Source: Podarcis bocagei
Taxonomy: Eukaryota
NCBI GenBank assembly: GCA_964188305.1
Contig: OZ076888.1
Length of the DNA stretch: 64,000 bases
Strand: one strand, 5' to 3'
Part shown: one piece after another, positions 22,578 to 35,523 of the stretch
Position numbering within the stretch: position 1 is the first letter of the stretch
Layout of the letters: each line of letters begins with the position of its first letter
Made by a program: the position numbers and the translations under genes
Notes under the pieces: generated by a model
Seen by the model: only the letters and a program-made list of their open reading frames with translations
The model's database searches: none
Told to the model about the DNA's origin: nothing

Positions 22578-22664
22578 GAACAGGAAACATTCATGTATCT
22601 CAGATCTTGCAAAAAACAAAGATTGAAGTGAGTGAAGATGGAACCAAAGCATCTGCAGCAACAA
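22578..22664 (+). CDS. SERPINE2: SERPINE2 coding exon 6
   Basis: RTGNIHVSQILQKTKIEVSEDGTKASAAT (serpin hinge); 87 nt. Confidence 0.95.
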
Positions 22665-22834
22665 GTAAGCATTTCACTGGTTCTCCCTAATCATCATTAA
22701 TGCATATAGAGATTTTAGGTTTTTTAAAAATAGAAAAAATCATAATTTCATTAATTTTAAAAGTATAGCTGAAATGGCACTGCCAAGTCAGAATAATCAT
22801 TTAACAGACTTCCAGAAAGCACTTGTGCATTCCC

Positions 22835-23010
22835 TAATTCGAACTTAGGAAGGCAGACCAATGGTCCATCTAGGTCAGTTTTGTCTACACTGACTGGCAG
22901 CTGGTCTCCAGGGTTCAGAATGCCTTTCCCAGCCCTGGAGAAGTGGGAGATTGAACCTGAGACCTTCTGCATGCAAAGCAGATGCTCTGCCCCTGAGCGA
23001 ACCCCTTCCC
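22835..23010 (-). mobile_element. Old tRNA-derived SINE
   Basis: Minus-strand tRNA-like head (GCTCAG...AGAGCATCTGCTTTGCATGCAGAAGGTCTCAGGTTCAATC) with CR1-like tail; boundaries approximate. Confidence 0.55.
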
Positions 23011-23742
23011 CAGTTATGTCACTCTGCAAGGCAAAATTCTTCACTTGGAGATTTTTCTTTTCTTTTTTCCAGAAAGTAGTGTAGAATTTTTCTAAATAAA
23101 TATAGCTTAAAGCAGGGGCGTTCATACACTCACCAGAGCGATGTGACTCTCAGTAGCTACTGGACTTCAGCATTTCCAAATTATAGAGTAATTTGCCCAA
23201 ATCTAATTATAGTTTAGGAATATGGCATTTTAAGTCTCAAACTGATGCCTTTCTGTTGCCCCCACCCTGGACTGCTTAAAAGGTAAATAGATTAAATTCT
23301 TCAATTTAGGAAGTACTGGTATATTGCTATCTAGTTAGAAAAATGTTCACTGGTTCGTACAAAAAGGTTTAAAGGTAATGCAAAGATGAAAAATACAAAG
23401 TGGCTTACAAAAGTATTCAAAATACAATAATACTAGGCAGGAACTTTTCAGAACTTGTTTTTAAACCTTGCTTCTGTTTAGGCACACCTGCCCAGATACG
23501 TAATTTTAAGATGTTATTTGATTGGGTAGGTTGTTTTGCAGTTGCTGTTTTTATTTATATATTTTTTTGGGGGGGTGATGTTAACTTGCTTTTAATGTTT
23601 ACTTTAATGGATATTATTTATATAAGCCACTTAGAGGGGTTTTTTTGTTGATTAAGCAGCTTATAAATCTTGCTAAATAAAATGTAAAAATAAGTTTAGA
23701 ACCATCGAGTGACTATTTTTTCCCTGTTTCTGTTTGTCCAAG

Positions 23743-23826
23743 CTGCAATTTTAATAGCCAGGTCATCCCCACCTTGGTTTGTGGTAGACAGGCCATTTGT
23801 ATTCTTCATACGGCACAATCCTACAG
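23743..23826 (+). CDS. SERPINE2: SERPINE2 coding exon 7 (reactive centre loop, P1-P1' Arg-Ser)
   Basis: TAILIARSSPPWFVVDRPFVFFIRHNPT; 84 nt. Confidence 0.97.
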
Positions 23827-24738
23827 GTAAGTAATATTGACTTTCACTGAATTAAATGCAAACAGCCTTCCTCAGGAGACAGAAGCCTACCGCTAAAAAC
23901 AGACATCTCTTACATGCTTTCTTGCCTTACTAAATTTGGTCCTCAACCTCCTCCCTCCTTATACTGTGCATAGGAGATTTCTTCTCTTGGAGGCAACGCA
24001 GCAGCCTGCAGCTGCGCAGGATTTCAACACTCGAGGGGTTGTTGCCAGGGACTAACAGGCCCCTCTGTTCCACTGGCATATTTATTAGCTCATCTCCATA
24101 AATGGTGCATGCTGGAGGTAAAAAGTGCCAACGCTGTGGAGGAAGAGGACTTCTGGCATGAGTTCCCAGACACAGGCAGCTCAGGACATCAAAGGCACAT
24201 TATGCGATTCCGAAGAGGAGCACTGGCCGGTTGTCAAAACACACATCTCCTCTCTTTGCTCCACTTCGAAACCCTGTTTTTCTTCTAATTGATATTCTAG
24301 GCTCAGTATGAGCTAGCTGCTTAGGAAAAACACCTTCTCACCTCCTTCACCCCCATCTCCGCGCAAAAATGACTCACAAGGGGACTTGAGGGACCAGGGC
24401 ATCTTAACACACAAACACACACACTCTCTCTATATATGCAACATTTCAGTCATCTCATTGTCTCCTCCACAACCACCCAGCATCAAAGCAGGCTAAGAAC
24501 AAAATCTGCTGGCATGCACTGAATATTTTAAAGATGCCATACAGAAGTGGCAGGCTGATTTCAGTGGAATCTTCTAGGAAGTGTTGCTCCTGGTAGCAGA
24601 CATCAGATGCATAAGTGATTTTTTTTTTTTTACTAAAGCTGTACCTGGTGGGTTAGATCTTTTGAATAATGGATCAGAACTGAAAGCCAGCACACTTCGT
24701 ACATCCACCTTCGTACATCCAGGGCTTGTCCTGAATTA

Positions 24739-24994
24739 CCGTATTTTTTGCTCTATAAGACTCACTTTTTCCCTCCTAAAAAGTAAGGGAAAATGTGTGT
24801 GCATCTTATCGAGCGAATGCAGACTGCGCAGCTTTCCCAGAAGCCAGAACAGCAAGAGGGATCGTTGCTTTCTCTGCGCAGCGATCCCTCTTGTTCTGGC
24901 TTCTGAGATTCAGAATATTTTTTTTCTTGTTTTTCTCCTCCAAAAACTAGGTGCGTCTTATGGTCTGGTGCGTCTTATAGAGTGAAAAATACGG
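24739..24994. mobile_element. Tc1/mariner-type MITE (CCGTATTTTT TIR family)
   Basis: TA-CCGTATTTTT...AAAAATACGG-TA, internal palindrome; copies at 29713 (inverted) and 43634. Confidence 0.85.
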
Positions 24995-25153
24995 TAATAA
25001 CTGAATGTTTGCTATGTATTGCTAAGCGTAGCTGCTTCCAGAGAATACAAAGGGCCTGCAATACACCTCCCTGCGTGAGAGGTGTATTGCAGGCCCTTTG
25101 TATTCTCTGGAAGCAGCTACGCTTAGCAATACCTAGCGAACATTCACTTATTA
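24995..25153. repeat. Long inverted repeat (75-bp arms, 9-nt loop)
   Basis: 25016-25069 is the exact reverse complement of 25079-25132; outer 21 bp pair with 3 mismatches. Confidence 0.95.
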
Positions 25154-26154
25154 ATTCAGGACAAGCCCTCTGTATATAACTGCATAAGAAGGGATTTTTT
25201 AAAGCAGGGAGTTAGGAATGAAATACTCTGGGATTGAGGTTCGGGATGTTTGTTTGTTTCCCTTGTTAAAATTCAGTGGCCCTATTCAGGCAATAGGAGA
25301 CCTCAGGGAATACTGTCTTGCTTCTGATTTTTGTAGGTTGCTCTGGAAGTCTTGATGGTGCTTTAAATAAATAAAATCTTGCATTTTCTAGCACTAGCCT
25401 TGGGGGCAGGGGAGTACCACACAAGTGGGTGTAGGGATAAGCCTGTCACCCTCTATGGGTTCAAGAGCAGCTGTTTAAAGCAGGGAGCCTGTTTCATCTT
25501 CTGGAAGCTCCCCTCGTGATGCAAAACCCCAGTTTCCCACAAGCAGAGAAGTCTTCCTGCTGCAGACACTACGTTTCAAAAAGTCAGATTTATTTGTTTT
25601 AAGTACTTTTTTATCCTACTCTTTAGCTGAAAAGAGTCCCAGGGCGTCTTAAGAAAAATCAGCCACAATTCAGTCTCTGCACTGCAGATAAACAGGACAC
25701 ACAAGGAAAAAGGAATTACAAGGAAGAAAGAGAAAAGCAATCTCAGAGACCAGGTCTTAAAAGTTATAGTTCTTATAAGAAACAGCTAGGGTATAAATAA
25801 TTTAGGTAGCCTGTTGTAATGGCTGCCACTAGGTGATAGTTGAAGGAAGGGCCAAATGCAGCTGTTATTAAGTAGGCCTGCTTGCCTTAGTTTGTTTTAT
25901 TTTTTTACATTTATATGCCATGAGAATCTTACCTTGGTGGTGTGTATAATAAACTGAGTTAAAACAATAAAAAGACAGATAAAGAAACTGATACACTTTA
26001 TCACCTATGTATCAGCAGTATTGTATAAAGTCACTTATTAACAAGCATCTTACAATATACATTTAAATTAATTCAATTTTTTTTGTTAGTTCTCAATATG
26101 AAAAGATTAAGTTTGACTGGTGGCTGAAGTTTGGAAAACAAATAATACACATAC

Positions 26155-26830
26155 TAATTGATTGATTGATTTGTGTATTGCCCCTCATCTGAAGATCACA
26201 GGGTGATTCACAACATAAAACTACAAAATGAGAGCACAAAATACATAATAAAGCAAACAAACCAATAACCCCCCTCCCACATTTATAAGGCCATTGAATT
26301 TTTAGAGAATTGTTTTCCCCTGTGGCCTAAAGATATGCAATGAAGGCACCAGGCAAACCTCCCTGGGGAGAGCATTCCACAAGCAGGGAGCCACTGCAGA
26401 AAAAGCCTGTTCCAATGTTGCCAACCCTCTGAACCCCTTTGTAGAGGAGGCACATGAAGAAGGGCCTAATCCCCAGTCTGTCCCGACAGTGGCAGACCTC
26501 AGGCTCTCAAATTTCAGCGGTGCCCAATGCATTGCTAAAATTCAGTGGGTCCCCTGGTCCCTAGCACTTTGTTCTACGGCAGTGTTGTAAGGTGCCCCCT
26601 GCCACGTGGTGGCCAGTGCCTTTGCAAAACCACCTCTTGCCCAAGGCAGCCTTTTCTCCTCCGAGGTAGACCTGGAAGCCCCAGGCACTGCGGCGAGCAG
26701 CCCACTCCACCCACCCAGGTCTCTGTGATACAGACCAGATTGGCCTCCTCGTCCGGATCATGGGTTTGGGAGGTCTTACTCAGTGCCAACCTGGCATTGA
26801 GCAACACCAGCCGCAGACCCCAGGGCTGCA
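26155..26830 (-). mobile_element. L2-clade LINE remnant, endonuclease start next to 3' end
   Basis: LRLVLLNAR...VCITETW (26574-26831 frame) and AFSAVAPCLWNALPRE (26302-26532 frame). Confidence 0.65.
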
Positions 26831-27776
26831 CACATTCACACTAGAAGGATCTTTATGTGCATTTGAGCTTTTCTCGCTGTCCCCCCCCCCCCCCCGGGCA
26901 GCAGATGCAAACTGATGAACAGAGCCACTCTCTGATAACCCACATACACAAGTATATAAAGTGGCTTTTGTGAACTGGCTAGCTTGGAGCTCAAGTCAAG
27001 AGTGCATGCCTTGCTTTCTTCCTCTCTGTTCTTGGGAATCATTGACCGTGTCTGCTGAAGTAAAATTGCACTGTACTCCAAAATGTTGAACATTTTTTAA
27101 ACTCCCATTGATTTTCTGGTACTTGAGTGAAATTAGGGGATTTAAAGTTCTTCAGTTTTACCAGATCCTGTTCCTTAGTGTAAATTACTAAATTGAAAGG
27201 GAGTCCTTGTCAGGTTTTAGAAAGAGGCAGCAAAGTATCTTTACACAATAAAAGCAGAATAGTGGTTTCTACTAGGATAACCTGGCTCTTTAAAACACAA
27301 GTTTTATCTTTTTCGAAACTCTGTATCACAGGTATGAATGTCTACTGATTTTTAAAGATTTCTTACGTATTGTCTGGCGTTTAACGGTACCAATTAATTA
27401 AAGTATTAAATTTGCATTTTCATATACCAACTCTTGCCTCTGAGAAGTTGAATTCATGGACTTGTGAGAATCACCATTTAAAAGCAGAAGTACTGTTTCC
27501 TTTTAGAAGGAAGTTCAATATTTGATGATATTCCCTATTAAAACTATGCATCAGAATCAAAATGACCTTAAAACTGAGCCTTTATCTTTTAGGATCACAG
27601 ACTAAAATTGGGTTCCCCCTAATAGTCATTAATACATTCTAGCTTGCTGCTTAATTGAAAGCATTCTTGCCTAGATTGTATTGAATGCTGAACCATCTGG
27701 AGGATTTTGTTTTGCTACGAAACAGGTGAATTGTGAATCAATCCAATATCTGCAATAACCTTTTCTTGTTCCACAG

Positions 27777-27814
27777 GTGCAGTTTTGTTCATGGGACAAG
27801 TCAACAAACCTTGA
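27777..27814 (+). CDS. SERPINE2: SERPINE2 final coding exon
   Basis: GAVLFMGQVNKP-stop; total CDS 1191 nt in frame. Confidence 0.96.
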
Positions 27815-28376
27815 ATGTGGGAGATTTTCCTTCTGAAGCAATTTTAAAATGAATGCCCTTCTTCCGTTGAATATTTTTGTACATTATTATTTGGCTATGA
27901 ACTAGCATTTAAGTGTGGTTGGTCCAACTAGGTTTTGAAAAGGAGTTTTAAGTAGCTGGGGAGTGTTATGGAAAAACAGAATGCCTTTTCAAAACAAGAT
28001 TCTTAAAACTACTGATTAGTTCCCTGTGCTAATAACTTTTGAAATTTGGGGTGGGGGTGGGGTATTGAGTATTTTGTATTGTGATTTTAAGTCTTAACCA
28101 GGGTTGGAACTAAAGGAGCAACTTTGATTTCTGTTTGGTTTGTACATAAATGCCCTCCTGCTACTATTGCCATCCACCGAGTGGTTTGATGAGGCATTGC
28201 CGTAAGAATTTCAAAGCTTTAGCCATTTTTATTTTATATTGTGCATGCACTGCTGAGACTTAAAACAACTAATGTCCCAGTTAACGCCTTTGCATTGGTG
28301 TAATGTTAAACTTGTCATTGCTAGTATACACTTTCTATGGATTTAAATTTTATATTTTTTTGTACAAAGGAAAAAA

Positions 28377-28382
28377 AATAAA
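28377..28382 (+). terminator. Probable SERPINE2 polyadenylation signal
   Basis: AATAAA after U-rich/TGTA elements about 560 nt past the stop codon. Confidence 0.6.
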
Positions 28383-29389
28383 GTCATTATGAACAGATGA
28401 AAGCAGTGTAGTATCAAAGTGATGTTGGCAGAGATGATTCGCGAGTTGGATGTAAAAGGTCGGCTGCCAAGTGGAAGGAAACGCAAGTTTGAATTCTCTG
28501 GACTGATGGGATTTTGCTGTGCTCTGGTATGCGGTAAACAGCTCCAGCAAAGACTGACCTCCGTTTACTCAATATTTTGAAATGTTCCAGACTGTACTAT
28601 GTATGCAGGTATCCTAAAATATCATTCCTGCAGGTAATACAGGGACAAGATAATTGAACGTTAAGAGAAATTCATTAAAAAGTGTCTACTACTGGTGTAG
28701 CGCCATAATTAAATACAGAAGAAATTGTTAACTGGACACAGCCACCTCCTTTGGGTAAACCTTTTTCCATGTGTGTTTTGGTTGTGTGTACAAATAAGAA
28801 CGAGATGAGCTATGCCATCCCTGGAGTCTTTTGGGTTTTGAATACTCTGCAGAGAAGTCCGCATATTTCCCCACCAGCTTGATGAATTTTAGCTGCCCCA
28901 GCTGAGAACAGGCATTTTCTCTTTACCTCTCAGTGATGTTTATTCTCATGAAGGTTAATCTCTGTTCAGTTAAATGGAAGTTGTTTCTGATATCAGTTAC
29001 TGTGGTGAGAATGTATCTGAGAAGGCCAGTGGTTTTTATCTTGTATGTAAAGGAGAAAGAGAAACTCTACGTACATTCTCCATACGGTCAGCAATAAATG
29101 TTCCTTCTTGTTTTGGAAAAAAATGACCTGTGCTATATTTGACGCATGTTGACTTTCAACACAGGTTGAAAACTTACTACTACATGTTACCATCTTCATG
29201 CTTGTTTTGGAATTAGCCCAGTTACCACTTTTGCTGTTCTTATTCATTTATACTTCTTAGGACTGCTTCCCACTTTCCCCAAAACATTGGGCCAGTAGGT
29301 ATACAGCTTTAATTAGCAAGTTTGCCATGTGGTAAAGAGAACTTGTAAGTTATACCCCTCTCTCAGCTGCACATTTGGGATATTAACCT

Positions 29390-29647
29390 AGTGGTGGATG
29401 GTTGCGGAAGGACCCCGAGTGAGAAGCAGGGAAGGGAACACCTCCCGGCGTGAGAGACCTGGAAAAGAAAAGAAAGCTCTCAAAAGAGAGCTTGGGAGGG
29501 TTAAACACTTTAAGGATTAAGAGCTACCTTTGAGAGAGGACTCTGCATTTTCTGTTTTCTTTCTCTCGTGTTTTTATTTTTATTTAGTTTATTTTATCTT
29601 ACTGTGTTATGAAAAAGCTTTAATAAAAATTCTTATTTCTTAAAAAA
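29390..29647 (+). mobile_element. Short retroposed insert with poly(A) signal
   Basis: Flanked by GG(G/A)ATATTAACCT (29377-29389, 29648-29660); AATAAA and short A tail at 3' end. Confidence 0.55.
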
Positions 29648-29712
29648 GGAATATTAACCTGGGAAACTGAAGAATAGATTATCCATTCCAGTGGAGGGGG
29701 GGCAATAAAGTA

Positions 29713-29968
29713 CCGTATTTTTCGCTCTATAAGACGCACCAGACCACAAGATGCACCTAGTTTGTGGAGGAGGAAAACGAGAGGAAAAAAATTCTGAATC
29801 TCAGAAGCCAGAACAGCAAGAGGGATCGCTGCACAGTGAAAGCAGCAATCTTGCTGTTCTGGCTTCTGGGATAGCTGTGCAACCTGCATTCACTCCATAA
29901 GACGCACACACATTTCCCCTTACTTTTTAGGAGGGAAAAAGTGAGTCTTATAGAGCAAAAAAATACGG
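29713..29968. mobile_element. Tc1/mariner-type MITE (CCGTATTTTT family)
   Basis: TIRs with TA flanks, inverted relative to 24739 copy. Confidence 0.85.
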
Positions 29969-32900
29969 TACTTGCAGAACAGAATCTTGTAATTTTACAA
30001 AAGATACCACTTGATTACTATAGTTTGCTATACTATATAGGCTTTTCCCCCTCCAATCCGGAAAAGGTAGGGATAAACTGGATTGTGTTTTAACATGTTC
30101 TAATGTGCCTAAAAAGCTGGTGTTGGATTTACCACTGTCCCATTTGTGTTAGATAGGAGTCATCCCAGATTATTCTGCCTGCCAGAGGAGAAATGACAAG
30201 CAGATGGTTAAAGAAACAGTCCCTGTGGCTAGCAAGAACAAGCCAGAAACTGAAACCACGATTTAATCCTGGCTTGTTCTTACTAACCATACTTTTAAAC
30301 AAGGCACAGTGTTCCCAGAGGTCAGACACCACGGAGCTATGATTTTTATCTAAAATAAAATAAAAACAAAAGTTTCCAATCTCATTGGGGGCTAAAGAGG
30401 AGGAAGGCAGGAGTACAGAAGTCTGATGCTCATTCACGTAGCAAGAAACCATTATTTCAGCTGAACTAGGACTGTATGTAAACTCCTGTTTTATACTAGG
30501 CCTTAGCTAAAGGTTTTTTTTAATATACAACCCTACCCTGAGGAGAAGGTCATAAAATAGCGCCTGCTTTAAGCCTCTGCTCCCAAATACTAACCAAAAT
30601 GGAAGAGCCTTTGAGAAACGGTTGTTTCCTGGAGGACCACAGATGAAAACTCTAGCAGTTGAAGTGAAGAGATGTCTCCACACAGCCAACATGTGTTTGG
30701 TTACTCTAAGAACAAATACATTGTTCCCCTGCTTTTTTCAGAAGGAATTGCAGAGGGGAACATAAATATGCCATCTAAATTTTCAAGAATTGCTTAACAA
30801 TCTTCAGTTTGAACCTCCGTGACACCATAGGAGCAAAGGTTCCACTTTGTAGATATGAAACTGAGACTGAAAGTGACTCGTCAAAAATCATCTGATGCGT
30901 TCAGACTATATTTGCATGGCCTATAATCAAGGGAATATTAGAAGCCATATTTCTCAGCTGAACGCTGGTATTTGAATCACATCATTTTGTAATGTCTGGT
31001 TTTGCTTAAGACATTCATGCCTTTGTCTCTGAAACTACTAGGCCATGTGTGTTTGAGAGCTTGTTCAGCTTTTGGACAACTAAGTGGTCTAGTTTTAAAA
31101 AGAAAAATGTTCTAGCTTTGGTCAGGAAGATTAATATAGCTGCTCCTTATTCCTATAAACTCAATTATTAAGCATTCTGCTCAAGTAGGAAATGTGCAAG
31201 TGGGAAACCAGTTAGTGCAAGGGGTTTTTTACACCGGTCACCCCAAATGAGGCACCTGCCTGATCCTGCTATTCCCCACTTTAGTATTTGGTTCAGCAGG
31301 AGTCTGCATGAGGGGTAATGTAGTTTATGAGCAGCAGGGCCCATTCAATTGCAGTCTCATTTGGTGTATGTGTTGTTAGTATGCAAGCTTATCTCTACTA
31401 CGTAATATTTAAACCTACAAAATTGTGCTCTATTTTGAAAGTTTTTTGGTTTCTTTTTAGCAAGGCACAGTCTGTTGTCAGAATATTTTGAATAGCTTGT
31501 TTTTGGAGATTGAATTGCAGAGGTTTGGGGGTTTTTTTATTTAAAAGGTTATAGCACCATCTTGTGGTCAGATCACTGATATAACATTGAATAAAACCTA
31601 TCTATTTACATTAGTGTGTCTTGTTTATCTAGTTACATTACAGTGCTTCACTACAAGTAATTCTAAGAAAATGCACTCCGGCAGGACCTTTTTTGGGGCC
31701 AACTAAAATGTCACAGGTGTAGTAGCATTTTTAAAAAATAACAAGAGTAGGAGGCTCAGATGATCAGTGTTACTTTTTAAAAGCTGAGTTTGCTATCTAG
31801 AATTGGAAATCAAAAGTGCCAGGCCAAGAAGAAAATTATAAAAAGAGGCAAAAGCTACAGTTTATTTCGAACCAAAACTCAAAATGCTACAATGATCCGC
31901 AAATGGAACAATGCATGCTACAAAACTCATGAAAATGCTATTTAGTGGTACAGAACAACAACATCTAACTCCACACTGCAACCTATATTGTTATATATGC
32001 CTCATGGGTTCAGGACTTAACTTGGTCTCCTTTGGAACCCAATAGGCTTACTGACATTTGTAGTATTTCTTTATAAACGTACAGCTTGAGAAGAGGTGGA
32101 GGTACAGCTTTAAACATTCCTAGGAGGGTTGTACGTGCACCTCAAGATGGCTCCAGAACCAATTTGACTCTCTGACACTCCTCAGTCTGGCTTTCTGAAA
32201 CCAGCATTTCTTCACTCATAAGCTTGACGACATCACCCCCAGTCAAAGGAAAGGTGAAGGGGGCAGGGGAGAAAAGAGAGACATGCCCCATTTTATGAAA
32301 TAGGCTTTCCCAGAGCAGTCTGTGGCCATTTCCTTGTTTTTCAGAAGAAAATTTTCCCTAACGGTTCCTATAATAACCTATCACCTTAGTTTTTCTAATA
32401 ATAGAATGAGCATGGCTAGATCTCCTTGACTGGTTTACAGTGGCAGTTCTCTTACCATGAGTATTGGCAGAGGCCCAGCCCAAACCCATAACACTATTTG
32501 GCAGGATGGGGAGCTGTGTTGTGTTGGTGCTCGGAAAGTTTATCTCTGGGAGCCTCTTTTTCAGAGTCACCAGGTATAGTCCTCACCTCCACAATCATGA
32601 GGGACAGGGACATGTTCATTTTTTTATTTTTTTAAAAAATTGTAAAAGAGGGACATCTGGTAATGTAATACATGCCCCAAGTCCTAGGCTGTGGACACAT
32701 CAGCGGTTTAAAACACAACTAGATGGTTTCCATCTGTGGCACATGATGTACACACCAGAGAGGGGAGGAATGCATTTGCTGGAAGCGCATTACCTGATTT
32801 GCTTCCCTGCGCTTTCAGCCCCCTGACCTCCAATGAACTGTCATCTGTGCATGTCCAATGGCTGTCTGAACTCTACTAACCACAGCTTGTGTTTTCAAAT

Positions 32901-33227
32901 GGTGTGGTGGAAAATGCATCAGACAAGAGTGTTTCCAATGAAACTACTGGATACCTATGGATTGCGGTTAATGTCCTGTGTACTCTGCTTCAATCAGCAG
33001 CGGTGGAAGTGCACTGGGGTCAGAGTAAAGGGAAATGAGTACACCGCCCTCTTACCAGGACAGCTCACTTTTTAATGGTTTGCAATTGCCGGCAGCCAGT
33101 AACACGTTCCTGCTAAAGTTGGTGCTGACCAGCCAAGAACATTGGGGCGACTGCTCTGAAGCAGCTCGAGTCTGTTGTGGCAAGCACCCTCTTTTTAAAA
33201 ACATGCAAGCTAACATGAGCATGTTGA

Positions 33228-33805
33228 ACCCACATTGTCTCGCTAGACTGGTGCATGCTCTAGTTATCTCCTGCTTGGACTACTGCAATGCACTCTACGT
33301 GGGGCTACCTTTGAAGGTGACCCGGAAACTACAACTAATCCAGAATGCGGCAGCCAGACTGGTGACTGGGGGCTGCCGCTGAGACCACATAACACCGATC
33401 TTGAAAGACCTACATTGGCTCCCAGTATGTTTCCGAGCAAAATTCAAAGTGTTGATGCTGACCTTTAAAGCCCTAAACGGCCTCAGTCCAGTATACCCGA
33501 AGGAGCGTCTCCACCCCCATCATTCAGCCAAGACACTGAGGCCCAGCTCTGAGGCCCTTCTGGTGGCCCTCACTCTGAGATGTGAGGTTACAGGGAACCA
33601 AGCGGAGGGCCTTCTCGGTAGTGGCACCTGCCCTGTGAAATGCCTTCCCATCAGATGTCAAGGAAATAAACAACTATCCAACTTTTAGGAGACATCAGAA
33701 GGCATGTTTAGGGAAGTTTTTAATGTTTGAAGTTTTATCATGTTTTAAATATTCTTTTGGGAGAAACAGAATATTCTGCTGGGGAAACCCAACCAGATGG
33801 GCGGG

Positions 33806-33852
<47 letters not shown>
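33228..33852 (+). mobile_element. L2-clade LINE 3' fragment with (ATT)n tail
   Basis: LVHALVISCLDYCNALYVGLPLKVTRKLQLIQNAAARLVTG...LKDLHWLPV...FKVL; (ATT)n at about 33808-33852. Confidence 0.85.
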
Positions 33853-33853
<1 letters not shown>

Positions 33854-34154
33854 TGGAGCTCAAGGGTGTGTAGTGTCTTGACAAGTTTTCACCAAGGTAA
33901 CGGTCTCACCTGAAGAAAGTATCTCCACCCCTCTGTGGGGTCCCTGAGTTCAGAGGCAGTTGGGGAACAATGCTGGGAGTTAATTATTGCTGGTAAGTTT
34001 CACTGAGGTTTCTGGTTGCTTATGGCTGAAAGCAGGACTTGAGGAACCTTCCGTTTGTCCCAGCAAAGCTCTTCCTAGTGCTCAATTGCATGATGGGGTT
34101 TGCATAGTAACAATGTGTACTTGAAAGTATGCCCTATAGACTTCAATGGGGGTT

Positions 34155-34544
34155 AGGTAAAGGTAAAGGGACCCCTGACAGTTAAGTGCAGTCGTGAACG
34201 ACTCTGGGATTGCGATGCTCATCGTGCTTTACAGGCCGAGGGAGCTGGCGTTTGTCCGCTCCGCAGACAGTTTTTCTGGGTCATGTAGCCAGCATGACTA
34301 AGCCACTTCTGGCACAACGGAACACCAACAGAGCAGTGCATGGAAATGCCATTTACCTTCCCGCTGGAGTGGTACCTATTTATCTACTTGCACCTTTTGG
34401 GGTGCTTTCGAACTGCTAGGTTGGCAGGAGCTGGGACCGAGCAACGGGAGCTCACCCTATCGCAGGGATTCGAACCACCGGAACCGCCAACCTTTTGATT
34501 GGCAAGCACTAGGCTGAGTGGTTTAGACCACAGTGCCACCCACG
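34155..34544 (-). mobile_element. Sauria-type SINE, near full length
   Basis: tRNA-like head and (ACCTTT)n tail on minus strand. Confidence 0.8.
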
Positions 34545-34896
34545 TTACTCCCAGGTAAATGGGATTAGGATTGCAGTCTTAGATGATACCCTTAAGGGAG
34601 ACACTTTAGTCTGCAACATGCACATCTAAAAGGCAGCCTTGGTGGTGGTAATGGGGTGGGGGAATGCTTTATCCTGGTGGGAGACCAACACGAATGCTCT
34701 ACACTTTCTGATTCCTTGTGGGACAGAGAGGTGAGTGGCACTTTCTCAAGTGGATAGGGATACATCCTTTTCCTTACCCCACCCCTTTAATTTGAAAAAA
34801 ACCAACAGCAGCTAAGTGCCAAACCACCGTCACATGCTTTGCATGAAAAAAGGTCCCTATCAGCTACAGTTAAATAACTGCACTGGCAAGCTGCTG

Positions 34897-35124
34897 CAGT
34901 CCTATACCTCGGGTTACATACGCTTCAGGTTACAGACTCCGCTAACCCAGAAATATTAGCTCAGGTTAAGAACTTTGCTTCAGGATGAGAACAGAAATCG
35001 TGCAGTAGCGGTGCGGCAGCAGTGGGAGGCCCCATTAGCTAAAGTGGTGCTTCAGGTTAAGAACAGTTTAAGGTTAAGAACAGACCTCCGGAACGAATTA
35101 AGTTCTTAACCCGAGGTACCACAG
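34897..35124. mobile_element. Tc1/mariner MITE (CAGTGGTACCTCGG family), followed by (TACA)n
   Basis: Body matches 48995-49220; left TIR degenerate. Confidence 0.75.
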
Positions 35125-35467
35125 TACATACATACATACATACATACATACATACCAGGACTAAGCCCCATTGAATTCAATGGGATTTACCTCTGAGCAG
35201 ATACTGTGCAGCTAGTGATTTTCAGTTTTGCATGTGAATGGCAGGGTTTTCTGTCCTTTACCAGCCACTGGCTTCCTGAAATCTTGACATTTGCCAGCAA
35301 ATGTCAGCAGTGGCAGAATTTTGAACACTGCTTTGATCCAGAAAGCGAGTCATATCATATACCCCATAGAGTTATGCTCTCAGGCTAAAACCCATCGATC
35401 TTGGGAGGTCGCGTGTGAGCTTTTCTAACTTCGAATATCAGCCGCTGATCATCTACATCTTCATCCG

Positions 35468-35523
35468 CGGGGGGGTTGGACTAGATGACCCTTAGGGTCC
35501 TTTCCAACTCTACAATTCTATGA
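35468..35523 (+). mobile_element. CR1-type 3' terminus
   Basis: GGTTGGACTAGATGACC...CCAACTCT...ATTCTATGA. Confidence 0.7.

Noticed and set aside
24060-24500. TCF/LEF (ACATCAAAGG) and HOX-like motifs suggesting an intronic enhancer
   Set aside because: Short motifs occur by chance; no conservation or chromatin data available
28810-30200. Minus-strand peptides YSKPK and YLTQM resembling MRPL44
   Set aside because: Very short matches, dissimilar flanks, a stop codon right after the YLTQM match, no convincing splice structure; probably chance
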